Below, in pieces: positions 1-6,973 of a DNA stretch of 32,784 nucleotides. The stretch spans positions 1-32,784 of the forward strand of contig JAYSUL010000037.1 of assembly GCA_043719125.1 (NCBI GenBank), in the 5' to 3' direction. The DNA comes from Candidatus Saccharimonadota bacterium. GTDB lineage: Bacteria > Patescibacteriota > Saccharimonadia > Saccharimonadales > JAGQMS01. A program made the translations under genes and the position numbers. The notes beneath the pieces were generated by a model that made no database searches, was not told the DNA's origin, and saw nothing but the letters and a program-made list of their open reading frames with translations. The first letter of the stretch is position 1; each line of letters opens with the position of its first letter.

Positions 1-1
1 C

Positions 2-556
2 GAGACAGTTGCAAGCAAGGGCGGGCAGGTTGTTTTTGTAAGTACGAAGCGTCAGGCAAAAGAAATTGTTCAGGCTGCAGCAGAAAAAGCTAAAATGCCA
101 TTTGTTGTCGAGCGTTGGCTCGGTGGTATGCTTACAAACCGCAACACTATCTCTGTACGTATCAAGCATCTCAAAGATCTAGAAGCAAAGATGGACAGCG
201 GTGAGCTTGCTAGCCGTTACAACAAACTAGAAGTTCAAAGATTCCAAGAAGAAATTGATCTGATGAACAAGAAGTTCGGCGGTATTAAAGAGATGGTTGC
301 AAAACCGGCAGTCATCTTTGTCCTCGACATGATCGAAGACGATAATGCTATCAAAGAAGCAACAACACTCGGTATACCAGTCGTTGCACTTGCCGATACA
401 AATGCAAATCCTACTCTCGTAAAGTATCCAATCCCATGTAATGATGATGCGGTAAAGACTATCCAACTTGCTTGTGACTATGTCGTAGCTGCCATCGAAC
501 TTGGCCGGGCAAAAATTAAAGCACCTGTAGCTGAAAAAGCTGCTGAAGAAAAATAA
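2..556 (+). CDS. rpsB: 30S ribosomal protein S2, 5'-truncated by the window edge
   Basis: The frame is open from nt 2 (ETVASKGGQVVFVSTKRQAKEIV...), upstream of the listed ATG at 95. S2-like motifs ERWLGGMLTN and IPVVALADTNANP are present. It is followed by tsf, the conserved rpsB-tsf pair. Confidence 0.95.
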   Translation, partial: ETVASKGGQVVFVSTKRQAKEIVQAAAEKAKMPFVVERWLGGMLTNRNTISVRIKHLKDLEAKMDSGELASRYNKLEVQRFQEEIDLMNKKFGGIKEMVAKPAVIFVLDMIEDDNAIKEATTLGIPVVALADTNANPTLVKYPIPCNDDAVKTIQLACDYVVAAIELGRAKIKAPVAEKAAEEK

Positions 557-568
557 AGAGGGGGTAGT

Positions 569-1168
569 ATGGCTGAAATTACAATTGATTTGATTAAAAG
601 ACTTCGAGAGCTGACTGGTGTCGGTATCACTGATGCTAAGGTAGCACTCGTTGAAGCAGACGGAGACTTTGATAAGGCGCTAGAAGCAATGCGCAAAAAA
701 GGCCAGACAAAGGCCGATAAGCGTGGTGAGCGCGAAGCTAGAAGTGGTGTAATCGGAAGCTATGTACACGATAATCGAATCGGTGTACTTGTAGAGGTAA
801 ACTGTGAGACTGATTTTGTCGCTCGCAACGAGAAATTTACCGACCTAGTAAAGGACGTATGTCTGCATGTCGCAGCATCTGCGCCACTCTACGTCTCTGC
901 TCAGGATGTACCTGCTGAGGATCGAGAGGCTCTCGCGAAGGAGTTCAAGGACAAGGTTGTTGCAGAAGGCAAGCCAGCCGACAAAGCTGACATGATTGTC
1001 GAAGGTATGCTCAAGAAACATTTTGCTGAACGCTGTTTGCTTGAACAGCCATTTATCAAGAACCCCGATCAAACTGTCGAACAGTTTGTCAAAGAAGGCA
1101 TTGCTATCTTGGGTGAGAACATTGTCGTAAGACGATTTTCTAGACTTATGCTTGGTGAAGTTAACTAA
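569..1168 (+). CDS. tsf: Elongation factor Ts (short form, 199 aa)
   Basis: The N-terminal UBA-like motif LIKRLRELTGVGITDAKVAL and the NCETDFVARNEKF motif are present. A GAGGGGG Shine-Dalgarno lies 6-7 nt upstream. The gene sits directly downstream of rpsB. Confidence 0.95.
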   Translation: MAEITIDLIKRLRELTGVGITDAKVALVEADGDFDKALEAMRKKGQTKADKRGEREARSGVIGSYVHDNRIGVLVEVNCETDFVARNEKFTDLVKDVCLHVAASAPLYVSAQDVPAEDREALAKEFKDKVVAEGKPADKADMIVEGMLKKHFAERCLLEQPFIKNPDQTVEQFVKEGIAILGENIVVRRFSRLMLGEVN

Positions 1169-1190
1169 TTCTCTGAACTAGTTAACCGCA

Positions 1191-1224
1191 GCAAAGACTC
1201 ACGGTGTACACTGTGAGTCTTTGC
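1191..1224 (+). terminator. Stem-loop after tsf, a putative intrinsic terminator
   Basis: GCAAAGACTCAC (1191-1202) pairs perfectly with GTGAGTCTTTGC (1213-1224), and the loop contains the palindrome GTGTACAC. The downstream tract is only weakly T-rich (TATACT...). Confidence 0.5.
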
Positions 1225-1252
1225 TATACTAATTAGATCAATAAGGACATAT

Positions 1253-1816
1253 ATGACACAAAACCAAATCGTAGAGAATGCTAAGAAAGATTTTGATAAG
1301 GCATACGCTCATTTTCAGGATGAATGCAAAAAACTTCGTACAGGCCGTGCACACCCCAGTATGGTTGAAGGTGTGATGGCATTGGCTTACGGCGTTCCAA
1401 CTCCACTCATTCAGCTGGCCACCATAACTACTCCTGAGGCTCAGCAGATCCAGATTTCGCCGTTTGATCCAAGCAATGTAGCTAAAATCGCCGAAGCAAT
1501 CAGAAATGATCAAAACCTCGGATTTAATCCAAGCGACGATGGTCGAGTAGTCCGTATCACGATCCCTGCACTAACAACTGAACGTCGGCAACAGATCGTA
1601 AAGCAACTTGGCGAGAAAAAAGAAGATTGTTATGTTTCTATGCGCCAGGCTCGCCATGATGGAATGGATAAGCTCAAAAAACTTAAAACAGACAAAGAAA
1701 TTGGCGAAGATGAGCAAAATAGAGCAGAAAAACTCATCGATGAGCAGATGAACAAAGTTAAAGCAGATGTAGAGTCACATGCTAAGGGTAAAGAAGTCGA
1801 GATAATGACTGTCTAG
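1253..1816 (+). CDS. frr: Ribosome recycling factor
   Basis: It is 187 aa. RRF-like sequence is present (RTGRAHPSMVEGV, ITIPALTTERRQQIVK, and a charged C-terminal helix). An AAGGA Shine-Dalgarno lies upstream. Confidence 0.95.
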   Translation: MTQNQIVENAKKDFDKAYAHFQDECKKLRTGRAHPSMVEGVMALAYGVPTPLIQLATITTPEAQQIQISPFDPSNVAKIAEAIRNDQNLGFNPSDDGRVVRITIPALTTERRQQIVKQLGEKKEDCYVSMRQARHDGMDKLKKLKTDKEIGEDEQNRAEKLIDEQMNKVKADVESHAKGKEVEIMTV

Positions 1817-1822
1817 TAAGTT

Positions 1823-1831
1823 TGATACAAT
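1823..1831 (+). promoter_or_regulatory. Extended -10 element (TGATACAAT) upstream of uppS
   Basis: The TGnTAcAAT match ends 11 nt before the uppS ATG. No Shine-Dalgarno lies between them. Confidence 0.35.
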
Positions 1832-1842
1832 AGTTTAAATAC

Positions 1843-2550
1843 ATGAAAGATTCTGAAGACTCCTTGAACGTTCCGCGCCATATTGGCTTTATTATGGATG
1901 GAAATCGACGGTGGGCAAAAGCACGAAATTTGCCAGCCTTTAAAGGTCATGAAGCAGGGGTTGATGCTTTAGAGCGAGTTGCTGACGCATGTTTTGCGAA
2001 GGGCATTAGGTATATGTCGGCCTATACATTCTCTACTGAGAACTGGTCCCGTACTCAAGAAGAAGTTGGCTTCCTAATGGGTCTCGTAACAAAAATACTC
2101 ACAACATACCTCAAGAAATTTCACGATAAAGGTATACGAATCGTGATAATCGGCACTCGAGATAGGCTGGGCAAGAAAGTGGTAGAAGCGATAGATAGAG
2201 CAGAGGAGGAAACTAAAAACAACACGAATGGCACTCTTGCACTTTGCTTTAACTACGGCGGTAGACAAGAAATCGTCGATGCAGTAAAAAAAGTAGTTGA
2301 TAGCGGTGTTGATATACACACACTTACCACAGACTCACTGATGGGCTATTTATATCAGTCAGATATACCGCCATGTGACCTAATTGTCAGAACGTCTGGC
2401 GAACATCGACTTAGCGGTTTTATGCTTGCGAGGAGTGAATATGCAGAGCTACTTTTTGAAAACAAAAAACATTGGCCAGATATCGACGAGACTGACGTTG
2501 ATCGCTACATCAAAGAATACGCGAATAGAACCCGTCGATTTGGCAAATAG
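1843..2550 (+). CDS. uppS: Undecaprenyl diphosphate synthase (cis-prenyltransferase)
   Basis: Diagnostic motifs are IGFIMDGNRRWA, FSTENWSR and RTSGEHRLSGF. It is 235 aa. Confidence 0.95.
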   Translation: MKDSEDSLNVPRHIGFIMDGNRRWAKARNLPAFKGHEAGVDALERVADACFAKGIRYMSAYTFSTENWSRTQEEVGFLMGLVTKILTTYLKKFHDKGIRIVIIGTRDRLGKKVVEAIDRAEEETKNNTNGTLALCFNYGGRQEIVDAVKKVVDSGVDIHTLTTDSLMGYLYQSDIPPCDLIVRTSGEHRLSGFMLARSEYAELLFENKKHWPDIDETDVDRYIKEYANRTRRFGK

Positions 2551-2570
2551 CTAGTGTATACTAGGTCGTA

Positions 2571-3773
2571 ATGGAAATACTTTTGCTTATAGTGGGGCTG
2601 ATACTTTTTGTGGCTCTAGTTGTTGTACATGAATTCGGACATTTCATAATGGCCAGGCGCAATGGTGTTGAGGTAGAAGAATTTGGAGTAGGGTTTCCGC
2701 CTAAAGCCAAAACACTCAAAGTAGATAAACATGGTACTGAGTACACGCTAAATTGGTTCCCATTGGGCGGTTTTGTACGTTTAAAGGGCGAGCATGACGC
2801 AGATAAAGAAAAAGGCTCTTTCGGAAAGGCTAGTTTCTGGGCTAAGACAAAGATAATCTTGGCTGGCGTGGTGATGAATCTATTTACAGCCTGGGTGCTT
2901 TTGACGCTACTCGCAGTAGTTGGCATCCCAAAGCTTCCGTTACCAGGGGGGGAAGAGCAGTTTACGGTCGCATCTGATACTAAAATTGTCAGCAATAAAG
3001 TTTTTGTAGGATACGTTGAACCAGATGGTCCTGCAGACAAAGCGGGGCTAAAAACTGGTGATCGACTCTTATCGTTGCGGTCCGGTAACACGGAAGATGC
3101 GTTTAGGTATACTGAAAAAGCATCAAACTTACGTAGTTCAACGGAGGAACTACTCAGAAGCGGCGCTTCGGATATCAATGTCCTATATATACGTGACAAC
3201 ATTACGGATGGGACGAGTGTTAGCTCTCGATCGCTAAACGAAGTTAAGGCATCAATAGATTCTAATCAGATATGTAAAGCGGAATTGATAAATATTCAAA
3301 GAGATTGTCCACCGATTAAAGGGTACCTCGGAATTGTACCGTATGACTATACGGTACAGCGCTCTACCTGGTCAGCACCGATTGTTGGTGCGGGTCTAAT
3401 CGGACAGTACTCTCGGCTTACGTACTCTGCACTCGGATCAAGCGTTGCTAGTCTATTTCAGGGCAAAGGTGGTGAGGCAAGTGAAAATGTTTCTGGTCCA
3501 ATCGGCATATTTGTTGTGCTCAAGGAAGGTGCATCATTTGGTCCGAGTTATATTCTGCTAATTATTGCCCTACTATCACTGACGCTGGCCATCATGAATA
3601 CACTGCCTATTCCTGCGCTCGACGGTGGTAAGCTGGCCGTTATGCTACTTTTCCGGGCGATAAAGAAGCCTTTGACACCCCAGCTAGAAGAACGGATCCA
3701 TGGCAGTGGCTTCATGCTTCTCATGGGGTTATTTGTAGTGATAACATTCGTCGACGTCCGACGATTCTTCTAG
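2571..3773 (+). CDS. rseP: Site-2 (M50 family) intramembrane zinc metalloprotease, RseP-like, with one PDZ domain
   Basis: HEFGH sits in the first TM helix. A PDZ-like segment is present (GYVEPDGPADKAGLKTGDRLLSL). The second motif is NTLPIPALDGG. The position after uppS is conserved. Confidence 0.9.
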   Translation: MEILLLIVGLILFVALVVVHEFGHFIMARRNGVEVEEFGVGFPPKAKTLKVDKHGTEYTLNWFPLGGFVRLKGEHDADKEKGSFGKASFWAKTKIILAGVVMNLFTAWVLLTLLAVVGIPKLPLPGGEEQFTVASDTKIVSNKVFVGYVEPDGPADKAGLKTGDRLLSLRSGNTEDAFRYTEKASNLRSSTEELLRSGASDINVLYIRDNITDGTSVSSRSLNEVKASIDSNQICKAELINIQRDCPPIKGYLGIVPYDYTVQRSTWSAPIVGAGLIGQYSRLTYSALGSSVASLFQGKGGEASENVSGPIGIFVVLKEGASFGPSYILLIIALLSLTLAIMNTLPIPALDGGKLAVMLLFRAIKKPLTPQLEERIHGSGFMLLMGLFVVITFVDVRRFF

Positions 3774-3774
3774 T

Positions 3775-4503
3775 ATGAAAAAACCTAGCCATCAAGCTAA
3801 AACCGACATAAGGCAAAAACTATTTGGGGTGCTTGTTGATCTTCTGAGTGTTGGGTTCGTGTATCTTGTAAGTCAGCTTGTAATCGTTATTGTTCTGTCG
3901 CTTGCGGGTATTTCCGACTCTAGTGAATTAGATTTCCACCCAAATGTTCTGCTGGCTGCGTATATTGCATCTGGTTATAGTATTGTGCTGACTTTGTATG
4001 GGCTATTAAAGGTACGCAAGATAAATGTATCGATTCTACAACTGAAAAAGCCGAGGTGGGGTGATTTGGGCTATGGACTGATGGGATTTGGTACGTATTT
4101 TCTTATTACTCTCGTTGTAACAAGTATCATTAGGCTTATACCGGGCCTAGATTTGAACCAAAGCCAGAACCTCGGCCTTCAGAATATAGATGATTCACAG
4201 CTACTAACAGTATTTTTTGCCCTAGCCGTGCTCCCTCCCTTGGCAGAAGAGCTGCTGTTTAGAGGGTTTCTCTACGGTCGATTAAAACAGCATAGAGTAC
4301 TGCCATACGTAGGAGCAATAATCACCAGTCTTGTCTTTGGGCTTGTACATGGACAGTTAAATGTCGGTATAGATACCTTCATTTTATCCATGGTTATGAT
4401 CTATATTCTCGAGATACGAAAGAACATATGGTCTACTATCTTTCTGCACTCCATAAAGAACACTGTGGCGTTTCTGGCGTTGTTTGTTTTTAAGATCGTA
4501 TAA
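3775..4503 (+). CDS. CPBP (CAAX protease/bacteriocin-processing) family intramembrane glutamic endopeptidase
   Basis: It is multi-TM, with EELLFRG (motif 1), FGLVHG (motif 2) and LHSIKN (motif 3). The ATG is 1 nt after the rseP stop. Confidence 0.85.
   Translation: MKKPSHQAKTDIRQKLFGVLVDLLSVGFVYLVSQLVIVIVLSLAGISDSSELDFHPNVLLAAYIASGYSIVLTLYGLLKVRKINVSILQLKKPRWGDLGYGLMGFGTYFLITLVVTSIIRLIPGLDLNQSQNLGLQNIDDSQLLTVFFALAVLPPLAEELLFRGFLYGRLKQHRVLPYVGAIITSLVFGLVHGQLNVGIDTFILSMVMIYILEIRKNIWSTIFLHSIKNTVAFLALFVFKIV
4479..4503. repeat. Direct repeat copy 1 (last 7 codons plus the TAA stop of the CPBP gene)
   Basis: GTTGTTTGTTTTTAAGATCGTATAA recurs at 4644-4668 with 24/25 identity. The only difference changes the stop from TAA to TGA. 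Confidence 0.9.
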
Positions 4504-4551
4504 AATAGCACGATATATTTTAGAATTTATTTCTGAAATATATTTCCTTGA

Positions 4552-4635
4552 AGGGGTGGATCCGCCGAGAGATCTATAGATCTCCCGGACGCTAAGGCGG
4601 GGAAACCTAGAGACCATCAGGTCGGTTTCACCGCC
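4552..4635. other. Structured element of unknown function between the direct repeats (possible cis-regulatory or small RNA)
   Basis: There is a 24-nt hairpin at 4565-4588 with a perfect 16-nt palindrome core, GAGATCTATAGATCTC (4569-4584). A second stem pairs GGCGGGGAAACC (4596-4607) with GGTTTCACCGCC (4624-4635), 11/12 bp. CCGCC at 4562-4566 and at 4631-4635 can each pair with GGCGG at 4596-4600. Confidence 0.35.
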
Positions 4636-4643
4636 TTAAGATG

Positions 4644-4668
4644 GTTGTTTGTTTTTAAGATCGTATGA
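4644..4668. repeat. Direct repeat copy 2 (non-coding copy of the CPBP 3' end, with a TGA stop)
   Basis: GTTGTTTGTTTTTAAGATCGTATGA lies exactly 165 nt downstream of copy 1. Confidence 0.9.
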
Positions 4669-4786
4669 GGTACACTATATGGAAATGAAAATGACACGCA
4701 CATCATTTACCCCGAAGAACATGCCGGCTAAGGCCGACTATATTATTCTTTAATTATTTTTCAGTACATAAAATTCGGAGTAAACA

Positions 4787-6040
4787 ATGCGCGTATCACA
4801 ACTTATAACTAAAACTAGAAAAGAAGCACCTGCCGACGAGACGGCCAAGAATGCTCAGCTACTCATTCGAGCTGGTTATGTAAACAAGGAAATGGCGGGT
4901 GTCTATAGTTTCCTGCCACTTGGACTACGTACGCTAAATAAGATTTCTCAGATTATCCGAGAAGAGATGGATGCTATTGGTGGACAAGAGCTTCTGATGC
5001 CGTCCTTACAGTTACCAGAAAGGTATGAAGCCACCGGCCGATGGGATGATAAAGCAGTAGATATCTGGTTCAAGACTCAGCTAGCTAACGGGACAACACT
5101 TGGGCTAGGTTTTTCTCACGAAGAGAATCTCGTTCCTATCGTCAAAAATTATCTTAATTCCTATAAAGAGCTTCCGTTTTCTATGTATCAGATCCAGTGG
5201 AAGTTCAGAAATGAGCTCCGTAGTAAGAGTGGAATTATGCGCGGGCGTGAATTTCTTATGAAAGATATGTACTCTTTCTCACTCACCCAAGACCAACATG
5301 ATGAGTATTATGAGAAGGTTAAACAGGCATATGTGAGGGTTTATGACAGGCTCGGGATTGGGCACAATACCTACTATGCATTTGCGAGTGGCGGTAGCTT
5401 CAGTAAATATAGCCATGAATTTCAAACTCTTAGCGATGTGGGCGAGGATACGATCTACATTAACCGTGAAAAAAAGATCGCGATTAACAAGGAAGTACTT
5501 GAAGACGACATACTAGCAGAGCTTGACGTTACGAAGGATGAGCTAGAAGAGGTACGGGCCATTGAAGTAGGTAATATATTCGGGCTGGGTACTAAATTCT
5601 CCGCACCGTTCAACCTATCTGTAAAAGATGAGAATGGTGAAGAGCACACAGTTATTATGGGTTGCTACGGTATAGGTGTAACGAGGGTAATGGGGACGAT
5701 TGCAGAGCTTATGAGTGACGATAGAGGGCTTGTATGGCCAAAACAGATCGCACCATACCAGCTGCACATTACATCGCTTGGGGGTGACGATGCAGTTACG
5801 GAAGACGCGCTGAAATTATACGAATCATGTAAGTCAGCTGGTATAGAAGTACTTTGGGATGATCGAGACGTATCTGCTGGCGAAAAGTTTGCAGACGCAG
5901 ATCTGATGGGTATGCCACTTAGAGTAGTAGTGAGTAAAAAAACACTAGAGGGAGGGGCTTATGAGGTCAAGGATAGGCGATCAGGAGAGGTTGAATCCAT
6001 GAAGTTAGATAGCCTGATACAAAGGATTTTAGCAATTTGA
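4787..6040 (+). CDS. proS: Prolyl-tRNA synthetase, short form (417 aa) with no INS editing insertion
   Basis: Class II motifs are present: RGREFLMKDMYSF (motif 2 region) and GCYGIGVTRVMG (motif 3). A C-terminal anticodon-binding domain follows. A GGAG Shine-Dalgarno lies 6 nt upstream. Confidence 0.93.
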   Translation: MRVSQLITKTRKEAPADETAKNAQLLIRAGYVNKEMAGVYSFLPLGLRTLNKISQIIREEMDAIGGQELLMPSLQLPERYEATGRWDDKAVDIWFKTQLANGTTLGLGFSHEENLVPIVKNYLNSYKELPFSMYQIQWKFRNELRSKSGIMRGREFLMKDMYSFSLTQDQHDEYYEKVKQAYVRVYDRLGIGHNTYYAFASGGSFSKYSHEFQTLSDVGEDTIYINREKKIAINKEVLEDDILAELDVTKDELEEVRAIEVGNIFGLGTKFSAPFNLSVKDENGEEHTVIMGCYGIGVTRVMGTIAELMSDDRGLVWPKQIAPYQLHITSLGGDDAVTEDALKLYESCKSAGIEVLWDDRDVSAGEKFADADLMGMPLRVVVSKKTLEGGAYEVKDRRSGEVESMKLDSLIQRILAI

Positions 6041-6060
6041 TTAGGTAATGGTGATTTTGG

Positions 6061-6069
6061 TGATATAAT
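6061..6069 (+). promoter_or_regulatory. Extended -10 element (TGATATAAT) upstream of greA
   Basis: It is a perfect TGnTATAAT about 70 nt upstream of the greA ATG. A GGAGAATAAGGA Shine-Dalgarno region lies in between. Confidence 0.4.
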
Positions 6070-6139
6070 CTAGCGAATGATTTTTTTAAGAGGACATTAG
6101 AGGGTAATTTTTTAGATAAGGGAGAATAAGGAAAGCATC

Positions 6140-6601
6140 ATGAAAAAACAATTTCATTTAACTGAAGAGGGAATCACAGAGCTAAAAGCTGAGCTAGTGG
6201 TACTTCTATCTAATCGGACGGAGGTAGCGGATGCTATCCGAGTTGCAAGAGAACAGGGTGATCTATCAGAAAACGCCGAGTATCAGGCGGCCAAGCAAGA
6301 TCAAGAGCGACAAGAGACTCGTATAGGGGAGCTAGAGCACATTCTCAAGAATATGGCCGTTATTAAAAAGCCAAAGGTTGCAGATAAGGTCAGCCAGGGT
6401 TCAACTGTAGTACTTAAAAGCGATAATGGTAAGGAAAAGACCTTCACTATTGTCGGTACTGTCGAGGCTGACCCGTTAAACGGCAAAATTTCCGATGAGT
6501 CACCTATCGGTAAGGCTCTTCTCGGCAAAAAACAAGGCGAAGAGGTTGAGATTACTACTCCCGCTGAGACAGCAACTTATAAAGTTATTTCGATAGCCTG
6601 A
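6140..6601 (+). CDS. greA: Transcription elongation factor GreA
   Basis: It is 153 aa. It has an N-terminal coiled coil with GDLSENAEYQAAK and a C-terminal domain with SPIGKALLGKKQGEEV. Confidence 0.93.
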   Translation: MKKQFHLTEEGITELKAELVVLLSNRTEVADAIRVAREQGDLSENAEYQAAKQDQERQETRIGELEHILKNMAVIKKPKVADKVSQGSTVVLKSDNGKEKTFTIVGTVEADPLNGKISDESPIGKALLGKKQGEEVEITTPAETATYKVISIA

Positions 6602-6933
6602 TGATTGAGTACGCTGACTTTGAGAAAGTCGATATTCGTGTCGGCGTGGTTACTGCAGTTGATGATTTTCCTCAGGCACGAAAACCTGCGTACAAACTAA
6701 CTATCGACTTTGGGCCAGAAATTGGCATCAAGAGATCCAGTGCACAAATCACTACTCACTATACAAAAGATGAACTGTTTGGCAGAAAAGTTCTTGCGGT
6801 TGTAAACTTTCCTGAGAAGCAAATCGGCCCATTTATCAGCCAGGTTCTAACTCTCGGTACCCCAGACATAAACGGCGACGTTATCCTTGTCGACCCAGGA
6901 CAAGACTCTATAACCGGATCAAGACTGTTCTAA
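6601..6933 (+). CDS. tRNA-binding domain protein (CsaA/Trbp111-like OB fold)
   Basis: It is 110 aa. FEKVDIRVGVVTAV...ARKPAYKLTIDFG...RSSAQIT is typical of the CsaA family. The start shares 1 nt with the greA stop (TGATG). Confidence 0.8.
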   Translation: MIEYADFEKVDIRVGVVTAVDDFPQARKPAYKLTIDFGPEIGIKRSSAQITTHYTKDELFGRKVLAVVNFPEKQIGPFISQVLTLGTPDINGDVILVDPGQDSITGSRLF

Positions 6934-6973
6934 ATACTATAATCACAGGGATTATTCCTGTAAACTACTACTT

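Noticed and set aside
2561-3202. 213-aa ORF antisense to rseP, and similar antisense or internal ORFs (e.g. 9935-10249, 11771-12094, 16432-16809, 18965-19306, 24426-24805, 27423-27770).
   Set aside because: They lie entirely inside well-supported genes on the opposite strand or in another frame. They have low-complexity Ser/Thr/Pro- or Cys-rich composition, no start signals and no recognisable motifs. This is typical of shadow ORFs.
4552-4566. T-box riboswitch controlling proS, because GGGGTGGATCCGCC resembles the T-box core GGGTGGNACCGCG.
   Set aside because: Only about 50 AT-rich nt lie between the CPBP stop and this motif, which is too little for a Stem I and specifier loop. No GA/K-turn, AG-bulge or distal-loop motifs are visible. 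The canonical A1 helix partner (CCCC/CCCU) is missing. The hairpin lies about 150 nt from the proS ATG. I kept it only as a hypothesis in the finding, and it needs a covariance-model scan.
4384-4617. 77-aa minus-strand ORF spanning the CPBP 3' end and the structured insert.
   Set aside because: It overlaps the CPBP coding region antisense, runs through palindromic hairpins, and has no translation signals.
4552-4640. Known small RNA class (SRP/4.5S RNA, guanidine-III, fluoride or ZTP riboswitch), suggested by CAGGTCGG and CCGGACG strings.
   Set aside because: The defining elements are absent. There is no GGAA/GNRA apical loop with AGCA symmetric-loop partners as in SRP RNA, and no second CCGG or pseudoknot partner as in guanidine-III. 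The downstream gene context does not fit those riboswitches.
4479-4668. Minimal CRISPR-like repeat-spacer-repeat.
   Set aside because: There are only two repeat copies, the interval is 140 nt, one repeat is the coding 3' end of a gene, and no cas genes are present.
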